The notes under the pieces are model-generated. The model worked only from the letters and a program-made list of their open reading frames with translations. It did no database searches and was not told the DNA's origin. Shown here in pieces: positions 54,527 to 64,000 of a stretch of DNA of 64,000 nt. Numbering within the stretch: position 1 is the stretch's first letter; each line of letters starts with the position of its first letter. The stretch is from contig OZ244822.1 in NCBI GenBank assembly GCA_965220345.1, forward strand, positions 1,350,669 to 1,414,668. Reading direction: 5' to 3'. Source of the stretch: Candidatus Aldehydirespirator sp. GTDB taxonomy: Bacteria; Actinomycetota; Acidimicrobiia; Acidimicrobiales; Aldehydirespiratoraceae. The translations under genes were made by a program, and so were the position numbers.

Positions 54527-55318
54527 GTGAGTCCTGCACAGCGTTCAGCTAGCGAAATCCCCAAGAGAGCGCAATCTCAGAAAACAAAACCTAAGAACGC
54601 TCAGACTAAGAAGACTAAGAAGCGCTCGGGTTCGGCCTCGGCGCGATCTGTGCGATCTGTGCGCGAGCGACGGCCTTTGCCAGCTAAACCGCATCCAGTT
54701 TCGCATCCGCATGACGCTTTGAAGCGTGTGCTGGGTGCTCAACAAAGCCGCAGCGCGGTGCGGCGTTTCGACTCAGCCGCAAAAGCCTTTCGAGATGAGC
54801 GTTTTGCTGAAGCTCTCCCGCTTTTGTCTCGGCTGGCTCGCGAAGCTTCCGAAGTGCCAGAAGTGCGTGAACTGCACGGCTTGGTGCTGTATCGCTTGGG
54901 TCGCTTTCAAAAAGCCATGAACGAACTTGAACAGTTCCGTGAGTTGAGCGGGTCAACCGAGCAGCATCCAGTGCTGGCTGACTGCCATCGAGCGCTGCGC
55001 CGCTGGGATGATGTTGAGGCATTATGGCAGGAACTAGGCGAGGCTTCGCCTTCAGTGGAACTGGTCACCGAAGGCCGTTTGGTTCTGGCTGGTGCTAAAG
55101 CTGACCGCGGCAAACTTGCACAAGCAATCAAGACCCTTGAGCATGGCTGGCAGCTGCCCAAGCAACCGCGTGAGCATCATCTACGTCGCGCCTATGCCTT
55201 AGCTGACCTGTATGAGCGCGCTGGCCGAGCACCCAGAGCGCGCGAACTGTTTCGCTGGGTCGAAAGCCACAACCCTCTGCTAGCCGATGTCACCCAGCGA
55301 GCCCAAGCCCTCAGCTAA
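54527..55318 (+). CDS. TPR-repeat protein with a basic N-terminal tail
   Basis: Lys/Arg-rich first 60 aa, then TPR-like helices (FAEALPLLSRLA..., LGRFQKAMNELEQF...). GTG start. Confidence 0.6.
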   Translation: MSPAQRSASEIPKRAQSQKTKPKNAQTKKTKKRSGSASARSVRSVRERRPLPAKPHPVSHPHDALKRVLGAQQSRSAVRRFDSAAKAFRDERFAEALPLLSRLAREASEVPEVRELHGLVLYRLGRFQKAMNELEQFRELSGSTEQHPVLADCHRALRRWDDVEALWQELGEASPSVELVTEGRLVLAGAKADRGKLAQAIKTLEHGWQLPKQPREHHLRRAYALADLYERAGRAPRARELFRWVESHNPLLADVTQRAQALS

Positions 55319-55434
55319 GCAGTTGACTGCGAATCGGTTGACTGCTTGTCTTGCAATCGGCCATCATGGCCAATCAATAGCAACCACCGATGGAGTCCGC
55401 CCTTGTTGACGTTGGCTATGGGCAGATATGGCTG

Positions 55435-55526
55435 CCAAATACTGCTACGCTAAGCTATCAATCACTGCTATGCTAAACCTCCAATTACTGCTATGCTAAG
55501 GCTCCAAATACTGCTACGCTAGGACT
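55435..55526. repeat. four tandem ~23-bp direct repeats with core ACTGCTAYGCTAR
   Basis: ccaaatactgctacgctaagctat / caatcactgctatgctaaacct / ccaattactgctatgctaaggct / ccaaatactgctacgctaggact. The array ends 1 nt before the TTG start at 55528. Confidence 0.9.
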
Positions 55527-55527
55527 C

Positions 55528-56853
55528 TTGGACTACATACCTCGCCTTGTGGACTCGCAGCTCGAGCGTGCTTGTCGGCTTCATCCTGTTGTGCTGGTTA
55601 CAGGCGCAAGAGGGGTCGGCAAGACCACCACTGCGCTGCGAGCCGCCACCGCAAGCGCTTTTCTTGATGATGCTGCCACTCGCATCGTGTTCCATGACGA
55701 CCCCGAAGCGACTCTCGCTAAGTATGACGAGCCATTGCTGGTGGATGAGTGGCAGTTAGTGCCTGAGGTAGTTCGAGCGATAAAGCGCACGGTCGACCGT
55801 GATCGCAGGCCAGGCCGGTTCATCCTTACTGGCTCTCCTGACCCAAAGGGCCGCTCAGAGTTTCAGTCGTTGACCGGCAGGGCAGGGGTTGTTCGCCTTA
55901 ACCCGATGAATATGCGGGAACTAGCTGGGAGTAGGCTCGGCGTTCTTCAGGCGCAGGGCCTTCAGCAACTCACTCCGATAACCGTCAGTGAGCAGGGCAT
56001 ACAGGTAGAGGATCCGCAGCGAACTTCGATAGTTGCAGGATTGCTAGCGGGGAATCCGCCAGCGGCATCTCCAAAGCAGGCACTCAATATTTTTGGGTAC
56101 CTTGACTTGGCAGCAGTCGGGGGCTTCCCGGCGTGCGCGCCAGAAGGCTCGGTGGCACGATCTCAGGAATGGTGCAGCGACTATCTGAGCGTTCTGTTGC
56201 GGCGGGATCTGCCTTTGTTCGGCACTCGGCGTTCAGCCTCGCATTTTCGTAGATATCTAGAAACCACTGCCTTTCACACAGCTCGTTCTCCCGAGGACGG
56301 AAGCTTGCGTACAGCTGCCGGGGTCAACCCTAGAACCCATCGTGACTATCGGCACATCCTGCTTGATATGGAGGTGACCGTTGAGGTTCCCGCTTTCAGC
56401 AGCGAGGATGTGCCGAGCCTCGCTAAATCTCCCAAAATGCTGTTCAGCGATTCGGGACTGTTGATCGCAGCGATGAATGTGCCGCTAGCCCGTTTGAAGC
56501 TAAACGGAGACCTCTACGGAAGGGTCTTGGAGACTTTCGTGATTAACCAACTCCGATGCGAACTAGAGGCTTTGGGGATGAGAGACGCGCTGAGTCATCT
56601 CCGCACCCACAAGGGTGTCCATGAGATTGATGCCGTGATTGAGACTCCAGAAGGTGGGATTATCGCGATTGAGATCAAATCGGCTAACCGTCACCGGCTT
56701 GGCGATGCCAAGCACATTGAGTGGCTCGCCGAGAAAGTGGGGGACAGGTTCATGCTGGGTTTGGTGCTTACCACCGGTGCCCACATCAGCAAGATCCGCA
56801 GTGACAAGAGCGACAAGATCTGGTCTGCACCCATCAGCGTGCTCTGGCACTAA
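55528..56853 (+). CDS. AAA+ ATPase with DUF4143 C-terminal module
   Basis: MDYIPRLVD...VVLVTGARGVGKTT (Walker A), LLVDEWQ (Walker B), and C-terminal HEIDAVIETPEGGIIAIEIKSA. Confidence 0.85.
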   Translation: MDYIPRLVDSQLERACRLHPVVLVTGARGVGKTTTALRAATASAFLDDAATRIVFHDDPEATLAKYDEPLLVDEWQLVPEVVRAIKRTVDRDRRPGRFILTGSPDPKGRSEFQSLTGRAGVVRLNPMNMRELAGSRLGVLQAQGLQQLTPITVSEQGIQVEDPQRTSIVAGLLAGNPPAASPKQALNIFGYLDLAAVGGFPACAPEGSVARSQEWCSDYLSVLLRRDLPLFGTRRSASHFRRYLETTAFHTARSPEDGSLRTAAGVNPRTHRDYRHILLDMEVTVEVPAFSSEDVPSLAKSPKMLFSDSGLLIAAMNVPLARLKLNGDLYGRVLETFVINQLRCELEALGMRDALSHLRTHKGVHEIDAVIETPEGGIIAIEIKSANRHRLGDAKHIEWLAEKVGDRFMLGLVLTTGAHISKIRSDKSDKIWSAPISVLWH

Positions 56854-57036
56854 CAACTGGTTCTATGGCAATACCAACCAGCAAGCGTCAGCCGAGACAT
56901 CTACGAGACATCTAGACGAGAAGAGGGGTAGAGCGTGAGTTGGGGGTTTAGGGCGCTACCTTGGATGAAACGTGTTGTGCTGGTTGCGGGACTGAGCGGC
57001 TAGCGGTCACCTCGAAACATTCGTCAGGAGCCCTTA

Positions 57037-58086
57037 GTGGACATTCACAACCTGCTCGGCGATGCAGCCGAGTCGCTTCTCCAGCACACATGCACCACCA
57101 TCGACCTTGAGTCTTTGACGGTTCCCGGCCCCAACTATGTTGATCAAGTGTTTGCTGCTAGCGACCGTTCGCCGCAAGTTTTACGCAATCTTGCTGCCAT
57201 GTTCGACAGCGGACGACTCGCAGGCAGCGGCTATCTGTCGATCTTGCCGGTCGATCAAGGCATTGAACACTCCGCTGGAGCCTCTTTCGCGCCCAACCCC
57301 GCCTACTTTGATCCGTTGCGCATCGTTGAGCTAGCTATCGAAGGTGGCTGCAATGCTGTGGCCTCCACTTTTGGTGTGCTCAGCCTGGCATCACGCCGCT
57401 ACGCCCACCGCATTCCTTTCATCGTCAAACTCAATCACAACGAGCTACTTAGCCTGCCCGAAACCTATGACCAGGTGCCCTTCGGGTCAGTTGAGCAAGC
57501 CTGGAATCTCGGGGCTGCTGGTGTCGGTGCCACCATCTACTTCGGCTCGGAGCAGTCGCGCCGTCAGATCACCGAAATCTCAGAAGCTTTCGCAGCCGCC
57601 CACGAACTAGGCATGTTCTGTGTGCTGTGGTGCTACACGCGCAACCCGCAATACAAAGTTGGCGACACCGACTATCACGCTGCGGCTGATATCACCGGTC
57701 AAGCCAACCATCTCGGCGCGACCATCGAAGCTGACATCATCAAACAGAAGTTGCCTATCAACAATGGTGGCTACCGTGATATCGGTTTCGGCAAAACCCA
57801 TGATCTCGTCTATACAGAACTCAGTAGCGATCATCCCATTGACCTGTGCCGGTATCAGGTAGCTAACTGTTATATGGGTCGCATCGGTTTGATCAACAGC
57901 GGGGGAGCGTCATCAGGAGCTGGTGACCTAGCCGAAGCGGTCGCCACCGCCGTGATCAACAAACGAGCCGGTGGCATGGGTCTGATCTCAGGTCGTAAAG
58001 CTTTTCAGCGTCCCCTAGCCGAAGGCATCGAGCTGCTCAACGCCATCCAGGACGTTTACTTAGACCACTCAATCACCCTGGCCTAA
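57037..58086 (+). CDS. fbaB: class I fructose-bisphosphate aldolase (DhnA/FbaB type)
   Basis: Near-collinear with E. coli FbaB as I remember it: [68 protein letters not shown]. Confidence 0.9.
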   Translation: MDIHNLLGDAAESLLQHTCTTIDLESLTVPGPNYVDQVFAASDRSPQVLRNLAAMFDSGRLAGSGYLSILPVDQGIEHSAGASFAPNPAYFDPLRIVELAIEGGCNAVASTFGVLSLASRRYAHRIPFIVKLNHNELLSLPETYDQVPFGSVEQAWNLGAAGVGATIYFGSEQSRRQITEISEAFAAAHELGMFCVLWCYTRNPQYKVGDTDYHAAADITGQANHLGATIEADIIKQKLPINNGGYRDIGFGKTHDLVYTELSSDHPIDLCRYQVANCYMGRIGLINSGGASSGAGDLAEAVATAVINKRAGGMGLISGRKAFQRPLAEGIELLNAIQDVYLDHSITLA

Positions 58087-58142
58087 GGCAGTTCCGAGCA
58101 AGCACAGCCCACGGCAGCCTCCTTCACTAGAAGCGTGATGCA

Positions 58143-58559
58143 TTACGCGTGAATGGTGAAGGCTTGACGATGATCTCGCCCGAATCGATAGATTGAGTAG
58201 TCCTGGTCGAAGGAGATCGCATCTCTTACTCCTAGGCGTTGCATTACCGACCAACTTGTGCGATCAACGATTGAGAAAGCCTGGTCAGAGAATGCATCGT
58301 AAATCTGCGCTGCTTTTTCCAGATCGGCGATTGTGGCAATTTCGACTCGGGCTACGCCGCCGCGGATTGTGCTTAGCAGGGTCTCAGCGGCATCTTTGCC
58401 GAGGCGACTATCGGCAAGGAACCATGTCTCAATGAGTACATGATCACTCGTTAGCAGATCCCGAGAGAACTCGCTGAGTCGCTCAACGGCTCTCAGGTGA
58501 TGAACATCCGCAGTGTCGGCGGCTGCATACCATGCCGAAGTGTCTACGAAGACGCTCAT
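58143..58559 (-). CDS. vapC: PIN-domain toxin VapC
   Basis: MSVFVDTSAWYAAAD..., and downstream acidic residues (TSDHVLIET, SIVDRTS). 4-nt overlap with the upstream antitoxin gene. Confidence 0.9.
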   Translation of the reverse strand: MSVFVDTSAWYAAADTADVHHLRAVERLSEFSRDLLTSDHVLIETWFLADSRLGKDAAETLLSTIRGGVARVEIATIADLEKAAQIYDAFSDQAFSIVDRTSWSVMQRLGVRDAISFDQDYSIYRFGRDHRQAFTIHA

Positions 58560-58798
58560 CTCCGTGTGGCTTGTGCGGCTATTGCCTTGGCTGTGGCAGA
58601 CTTGCGGTTTAGAGCAATGTTGCTGCCGCCAGAGTCGCCGATTCCGAAGATGTCTGAGATATCGCCATTAGGTCTCGTCTGTTGAAGGTCGCGGTCTATG
58701 AGGCGACGGATGTACTCAGCCATGCTGATATCCAATTCCGCGGCCTTGCGCTTTACGCGGGCGTGCTGTTCGGTTTCAAGAGCGATCTGAGTACGCAT
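58556..58798 (-). CDS. vapB: ribbon-helix-helix antitoxin VapB
   Basis: MRTQIALETEQHARVKRKAAELDISMAEYIRRLIDRDL. Confidence 0.85.
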   Translation of the reverse strand: MRTQIALETEQHARVKRKAAELDISMAEYIRRLIDRDLQQTRPNGDISDIFGIGDSGGSNIALNRKSATAKAIAAQATRR

Positions 58799-59121
58799 GA
58801 TGCTACATCATAACATCAATATTCTCTGACACCTTGCTGACGAAACGGTTGAGTCCATGGTTGATACAGTTGAAGCCAGTCTGATCGTCGCCACCCAAGA
58901 CATCAGCAGATTACGCGGGTGAATAGTGTCTAGGGTCTGCTCGTGCCCGCTAGCTGGGTGATCCTGCCGCACAAGCTCAAATACACGCGGATGAATGCGA
59001 GTGAATAGCGTCTAGAGGCTGAGTGTTGCCGCTAGTGTTGCCGAGGCAGGACGGATGTGACGGGCTCTTGTGGCGCGCCAAGTTCGCGATCTGCGTCAGC
59101 AAGAGATGCAAAGGAGCATCA

Positions 59122-61092
59122 GTGACCGACACCGCATCGCGGGCCCAAGAGGTCCCCACGACTGATGGCATTGTGCTGCGTTTCGCTGGAGACTCCGGCG
59201 ACGGTATGCAGCTCACCGGCGATCGCTTCACCTCAGCGAGCGCCCTTTTCGGCAACGATCTGGCCACACTGCCGGAGTTCCCTGCTGAGATCAGAGCCCC
59301 GGCTGGCACGCTGGCCGGTGTCTCATCGTTTCAGGTGCAGATCTCCGATCATGACATCACCACCCCTGGTGATGCTCCCACAGTGCTGGTGGCCATGAAC
59401 CCGGCAGCGCTACGTGCAGATCTGAGACTGCTTGCCCCTGGCGGCACTGTCATCGTCAACTCAGATGCTTTCAACGAACGCAACCTCAGCAAAGCTGGCT
59501 ACGACGCGAATCCTCTCGAAGACGGCAGCCTTGACGGTTTCACTGTGGTGCCAGCGCCGATGACCGATCTCACCAAGCGGGCTTGTCAAGAACTGGGAGT
59601 CAAGCCCCGAGATGCTGAACGCTCCAAGAACTTCTTCGCCTTGGGTTTGGTGTCGTGGCTCTACTCTCGCCCAGTCAAGCCGACCCTTGAATGGATTGAA
59701 GACAAATTCGCTGGGCGTGACACTGTGATCGCAGCCAACAAGGCAGCCTTCTCGGCAGGGCACGCTTTCGGCGAGACCGCAGAACTGGGTGCTAGCAGGC
59801 TGATGGTCAGCCCAGCAGTGCTAGAGCCAGGCACTTACACCAACATCAACGGCAACACGGCGCTGTCGTGGGGTTTGATCGCCGCTTCGCAACAGGCTGG
59901 CATTCCGCTGTTTTTGGGGTCGTATCCGATCACGCCTGCCAGCGACATTTTGCATGAACTAGCCCGTCACAAGAACTTCGGGGTGCGCACCCTGCAAGCC
60001 GAAGATGAGATAGCAGCAGTAGGCGCAGCGCTGGGCGCGGCCTACGGCGGCCACATTGGCGTGACCACCACTTCGGGCCCTGGCATGGCCTTGAAAGCTG
60101 AGACTGTGGGCTTGGCGGTGAGTCTCGAACTACCGCTAGTGGTGATCGACATTCAACGAGGCGGTCCTTCCACCGGTTTGCCCACCAAAACCGAGGCAGC
60201 CGACCTTTTGATGGCCATGCACGGACGCCACGGTGAAGCACCCCTGCCGATCGTGGCAGCGCAAAGCCCGTCGGATTGTTTCTTCGCGGCGATGGAAGCG
60301 GTACGGATCGCGGTGCAGCATCGCACTCCAGTGGTGCTGTTGTCCGACGGATACCTGGCCAACAGCAGCGAACCGTGGAAGATCCCTGACGTGAGTGATT
60401 TGCCTTCGATAGAGGTGGAGTTCGCTTCGGAGCCCAACCATGTCAACGAAGACGGCGAAGCCGTATTCTGGCCGTTTTTGCGCAACGAGCGCCTAGCACG
60501 CCCTTGGGCTGTTCCCGGCACGCCAAATTTGATGCATCGCATTGGCGGCATCGAAAAAGAAGACGGTGCAGGCAACATCAGCTACGAGCCCGAGAATCAT
60601 CAGGCCATGGTGCGACTACGAGCCGAACGAATCGCTTTGATCTCACAGCACATCCCCAAAGCCGAAGTAGCAGGCGACCCCGAAGCTGCTGTTGTTGTGG
60701 TCAGCTGGGGCTCAACCTGGGGTGCTGTCACCGCAACTAGGCGTCGTCTAGAAGCAGCAGGACACCGGCTGGCTCATATTCATTTGCATCATCTCAATCC
60801 GCTGCCCGCCAATCTCGGGGAGCTTCTCAGCGGCTTCGAACGGGTGATCGTGCCCGAAATGAACACCGGCCAACTCTGTCGGATGCTGCGAGCCGAGTAT
60901 CTAGTTGATGCCAAAGCGGTGAACAAGATCACAGGCCAGCCTTTCACAGCGGCCGAGCTGATTGAAGCTTTCTGGCCTGATATCGCAGCCACATCTGGTG
61001 GCGACAGCGACCAAGAACTAGCTGCTATGACCAGCACCGGCAACGACGACCGCAACGATCAGAATGACGAGCAGAGCGGAGCGCAGCAATGA
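59122..61092 (+). CDS. korA: 2-oxoacid:ferredoxin oxidoreductase subunit alpha
   Basis: LRFAGDSGDGMQLTGDRFT and GSYPITPASDILHEL. GTG 59122 is preceded by AAGGAG. The track ORF extends to 59023, probably artefactually. Confidence 0.9.
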   Translation: MTDTASRAQEVPTTDGIVLRFAGDSGDGMQLTGDRFTSASALFGNDLATLPEFPAEIRAPAGTLAGVSSFQVQISDHDITTPGDAPTVLVAMNPAALRADLRLLAPGGTVIVNSDAFNERNLSKAGYDANPLEDGSLDGFTVVPAPMTDLTKRACQELGVKPRDAERSKNFFALGLVSWLYSRPVKPTLEWIEDKFAGRDTVIAANKAAFSAGHAFGETAELGASRLMVSPAVLEPGTYTNINGNTALSWGLIAASQQAGIPLFLGSYPITPASDILHELARHKNFGVRTLQAEDEIAAVGAALGAAYGGHIGVTTTSGPGMALKAETVGLAVSLELPLVVIDIQRGGPSTGLPTKTEAADLLMAMHGRHGEAPLPIVAAQSPSDCFFAAMEAVRIAVQHRTPVVLLSDGYLANSSEPWKIPDVSDLPSIEVEFASEPNHVNEDGEAVFWPFLRNERLARPWAVPGTPNLMHRIGGIEKEDGAGNISYEPENHQAMVRLRAERIALISQHIPKAEVAGDPEAAVVVVSWGSTWGAVTATRRRLEAAGHRLAHIHLHHLNPLPANLGELLSGFERVIVPEMNTGQLCRMLRAEYLVDAKAVNKITGQPFTAAELIEAFWPDIAATSGGDSDQELAAMTSTGNDDRNDQNDEQSGAQQ

Positions 61093-62114
61093 CAGAAGTG
61101 CCCACAACAGTGCCCATAACCACACGCCAAGACTGGGCCACCGACCAAGAAGTCCGCTGGTGCCCTGGATGTGGCGACTATTCGATCCTTACCGCTGTGC
61201 AACTATTAATGCCAGAGCTAGGCGTGCGCCGTGAAGACACCGTGTTTGTGTCGGGTATTGGCTGCGCAGCGCGTTTTCCCTACTACATGAACACCTACGG
61301 GCTTCACGCTATTCACGGACGGTCGCCAGCGGTTGCTACTGGTTTGGCTATGGCTCGAGGTGATCTGCATGTCTGGGTAGTAGGCGGTGACGGTGACATG
61401 ATGTCGATTGGTGGTAATCACCTAATACATGCCCTGCGCCGCAACGTGAACCTCAATATTTTGCTGTTCAATAACCAGATCTATGGACTAACCAAAGGCC
61501 AGTATTCACCGACCAGCGAACGGGGCAAGGTCACCAAATCCACACCTCACGGTTCGGTAGAGCAACCCTTCAATGCAGTGTCTTTGGCGTTGGGTGCTGA
61601 AGCTTCGTTCGTGGCTCGCACTCATGACATGGACCGAGGGCACATGCAGGAAATGTTCCGGAGGGCGCATCAACATCCTGGTGCTGCGCTTGTGGAGGTT
61701 TACCAGAACTGCAACGTGTTCAACGACGGTGCCTTTGCGGCACTCACCAAGCGTGACGCTCGCGAATCAATGCTGATCAACTTGCAGCACGGCGAGCCGG
61801 TGCGTTTCGGTGCCGAAAAAGAGTTCGGAGTGGTGATTGAGAGTGGTCGTGCCCGCACGGTGGCAGTGGCCGATGTGGGGATAGAAGCACTGGTAGTGCA
61901 TGACGAGAACGACCCCGACCCGTCAGTCGCGTTTGCGTTGAGTCGGCTGGCTGACAGCAACGACGTGCCTACACCGATCGGAGTGTTCCGTGCAGTGGAA
62001 CGCACCGAATACGGCTCGGCTGTTACCTCTCAGATAGCAGCTTCACAGTCGAAGGCCGGGCCTGGCGATCTGCAAGCGCTGCTGCATTCACGCCCTACCT
62101 GGCAAGTCGCCTAG
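61089..62114 (+). CDS. korB: 2-oxoacid:ferredoxin oxidoreductase subunit beta (TPP-binding)
   Basis: WCPGCGDYSIL and GGDGDMMSIGGNHLIHALRRN. 4-nt overlap with korA. Confidence 0.9.
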   Translation: MTEVPTTVPITTRQDWATDQEVRWCPGCGDYSILTAVQLLMPELGVRREDTVFVSGIGCAARFPYYMNTYGLHAIHGRSPAVATGLAMARGDLHVWVVGGDGDMMSIGGNHLIHALRRNVNLNILLFNNQIYGLTKGQYSPTSERGKVTKSTPHGSVEQPFNAVSLALGAEASFVARTHDMDRGHMQEMFRRAHQHPGAALVEVYQNCNVFNDGAFAALTKRDARESMLINLQHGEPVRFGAEKEFGVVIESGRARTVAVADVGIEALVVHDENDPDPSVAFALSRLADSNDVPTPIGVFRAVERTEYGSAVTSQIAASQSKAGPGDLQALLHSRPTWQVA

Positions 62115-62217
62115 TCACCTAACCGCCTAGCCGCTGCGCTGAGTCGGGCTAGTTGCAGTCAGGCTGGTGCAGGACGCTTGTCGCTGGCGCGGCCAACTGC
62201 GCAGTCAACTGAGGGTG

Positions 62218-63864
62218 TTAGGCGCTTTGCACGCTGGCGGCATCGGCGAGGCCTAGTTCGGAGATCGACTGCTCTCTCATCTTGAACTTCTGGATCTTGC
62301 CGGTAATGGTCATAGGGAAGCTGTCAGTGAACTTGACGTAGCGAGGGACTTTGTAATGCGCGATAGTGCCCCGGCAAAAGTCCCTGATATTGGTTTCTGT
62401 TGTGTTGGTGCCTTCATGTAGCTGGATCCAGGCCATCACTTCTTCGCCGTAACGCACATCCGGCACTCCGATTACTTGCACTTCCATCACATCGGGATGG
62501 GTGTAGAGAAACTCTTCAACCTCTCGAGGGTAGACATTCTCGCCGCCTCGGATGATCATGTCTTTGATGCGCCCAACAATATTGACGTAGCCTTCGTCGT
62601 CCATCACGGCCAAATCACCGGTATGCATCCAGCCTTCTGGGTCAATGGCTTCAGCGGTGCGAGCCTCGTCGTTCCAGTAGCCCAGCATCACCGAATAGCC
62701 CCTGGTCTGGAACTCGCCGCTGATGCCGCGAGGCACGACCTCACCGGTTTCGGGATCAACGATTCGGATCTCCACATGGGGATGGACACGACCTACGGTG
62801 CTGACACGCTTCTCTAGGGGATCATCGGCTGAGGTTTGGGTGGACACCGGCGAAGTTTCGGTCATGCCGTAGGCGATAGTGACCTCGCTCATGTTCATCC
62901 GATCCACCACTTGGCGCATGACCTCTATCGGGCAAGGCGAACCGGCCATAATCCCGGTACGCAGAGTTGACAGGTCATAGCTGGCTAGATCAGGCTCGGC
63001 GAGTTCCGCAATGAACATCGTCGGCACTCCGTAGAGGCTGGTGCAGCGTTCGGCGGTGACCGCGTGAAGGGTCGCCTGAGGGTCGAACCCGGCGGCGGGT
63101 ATCACCATCGCGGCTCCGTGTGTAGTGCAGGCCAGATTGCCGAGCACCATCCCGAAGCAGTGATAGAACGGCACTGGGATGCATACCCGGTCTTCGGCTG
63201 TGTATTTGCAGGCCTCGCCGATGAAGTAGCCGTTGTTCAAGATGTTGCGATGGCTTAGTGTGGCACCTTTAGGAAAGCCGGTGGTGCCGCTGGTGTACTG
63301 AATATTGATGGGGTCATCAGGATCGAGTGTGGTGCTGCGCTGCTCCAGTTGGTTATGCGAAACTGACTCGGCACCATCTAGCAGAGTGTCCCAGTCGCTG
63401 GTGTGGAGATAGATCACCCGCTCGGTCGGCACCTTGCCTGAGACCTCTTCGATCATTGAGCGGTAGTCGCTGCTGAGAAAAGCTTCTGCTGCTATTAGCA
63501 CCGAGATGCCCGACTGTTTGAGCACATATTCAAGTTCCGAGGAACGGTAGGCCGGATTGATGGTCACCAAGATCGCGCCGATGCGGGCGGTTGCATACTG
63601 GATTAGCACCCACTCGGCGTAGTTCGGGCTCCAGATCCCCACCCGGTCGCCCTTAGCCACGCCAAGAGCTATCAGCCCGCGTGCCACTCGGTCGGTTTGT
63701 GCAGCGAAGGCGGTGTAGCTATAACGCAGGTCTTGTTGCACTGACACGAGGGCATCGCTTTGACCGTGAGCAGCGACGATACGAGCCAGGTTCTGAGGGA
63801 TAGTCTCTTCCAGAAGCGGTACTGAAATAGGGCCTGAGTCCGCTGATGCCTTTGAGGCCTTCAT
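62218..63864 (-). CDS. AMP-dependent acyl-CoA synthetase/ligase
   Basis: [52 protein letters not shown] 63864 has AAGGAG 6 nt upstream. The ORF is open to 63879. Confidence 0.9.
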   Translation of the reverse strand: MKASKASADSGPISVPLLEETIPQNLARIVAAHGQSDALVSVQQDLRYSYTAFAAQTDRVARGLIALGVAKGDRVGIWSPNYAEWVLIQYATARIGAILVTINPAYRSSELEYVLKQSGISVLIAAEAFLSSDYRSMIEEVSGKVPTERVIYLHTSDWDTLLDGAESVSHNQLEQRSTTLDPDDPINIQYTSGTTGFPKGATLSHRNILNNGYFIGEACKYTAEDRVCIPVPFYHCFGMVLGNLACTTHGAAMVIPAAGFDPQATLHAVTAERCTSLYGVPTMFIAELAEPDLASYDLSTLRTGIMAGSPCPIEVMRQVVDRMNMSEVTIAYGMTETSPVSTQTSADDPLEKRVSTVGRVHPHVEIRIVDPETGEVVPRGISGEFQTRGYSVMLGYWNDEARTAEAIDPEGWMHTGDLAVMDDEGYVNIVGRIKDMIIRGGENVYPREVEEFLYTHPDVMEVQVIGVPDVRYGEEVMAWIQLHEGTNTTETNIRDFCRGTIAHYKVPRYVKFTDSFPMTITGKIQKFKMREQSISELGLADAASVQSA

Positions 63865-63927
63865 GGTGTGCTCCTTCATGGGTGTAAAGCTGTGTGCTTA
63901 GGGGTTAAAGAATTAGGCATTTTTGGT

Positions 63928-64000
63928 CTAGAGCGCAAGGTATTTGCGCTGGAGTTCGCGGTCGCGGCGCAGTTCGGCAGTAGCAGTTTCGGCGATGATC
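63928..64000 (-). CDS. 3' end of an unidentified gene entering from the right edge
   Basis: The minus-strand frame reads ...IIAETATAELRRDRELQRKYLAL* with its stop at 63928-63930. Too short to classify. Confidence 0.3.
   Translation of the reverse strand, partial: IIAETATAELRRDRELQRKYLAL

Noticed and set aside
1-64000. Alternative genetic code (TGA or TAG reassigned) as the explanation for the in-frame stops
   Set aside because: Core genes end cleanly at TGA (for example 376-378, and the 13144-13146 stop followed by the next gene's ATG) and at TAG (the XRE gene at 31634-31636), at positions consistent with family lengths. Both codons therefore function as stops in this genome.
1-64000. tRNA, rRNA, integrase or transposase genes that could explain the two islands
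   Set aside because: I scanned the longer intergenic regions by eye (10279-10611, 15350-15486, 36078-36388, 44326-44600, 56854-57036, 58799-59121). I saw no cloverleaf-like tRNA features and no recombinase motifs in any ORF. This remains unverified without tRNAscan or HMM searches.

Overview
This is a high-GC chromosomal segment of actinobacterial type. Markers are the mycothiol amidase Mca, NucS, an OdhA/Kgd-type 2-oxoglutarate dehydrogenase E1, KorAB and an AddAB-like helicase-nuclease. The core blocks are: DNA repair; an ABC-2 exporter; a type IIA topoisomerase A/B pair; ParA; an MgtE-like transporter; mca; nucS; cysQ-kgd-xthA; a CPA2 antiporter; fbaB; korAB; and an acyl-CoA synthetase. 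Two accessory regions interrupt these blocks and look AT-richer by eye. Region (i), about 26.8-36.3 kb, holds secreted or lipoprotein repeat proteins, a small metzincin, and a hipB-like regulator with a four-operator array and a decayed hipA. It also holds an orphan Arch_ATPase-type NTPase behind 20-bp tandem repeats, and a 932-aa Calx-beta surface protein whose 5' end contains a C12/G12 homopolymer. Region (ii), about 44.3-54.3 kb, looks like a decaying defence island. It contains a large HEPN-motif protein, hicB with a nonsense-mutated hicA, a SNF2 helicase C-terminal remnant, and an HNH/zinc-finger nuclease with an in-frame TGA. It also contains an apparently intact low-GC cassette of a ParB-like protein, an AAA_21-type ATPase and a small TOPRIM-like protein, plus an unknown + DUF1828/1829-like gene pair. 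The strongest candidates for something new are the ParB/ATPase/TOPRIM cassette, the homopolymer switch upstream of the surface protein, the TAG-interrupted repeat-protein/metzincin locus, and tandem repeats that abut the start codons of orphan ATPase genes. I could not recognise any rRNA, tRNA, CRISPR array, integrase or transposase. All family assignments rest on motifs read by eye from the ORF track or my own translations. No searches were run.
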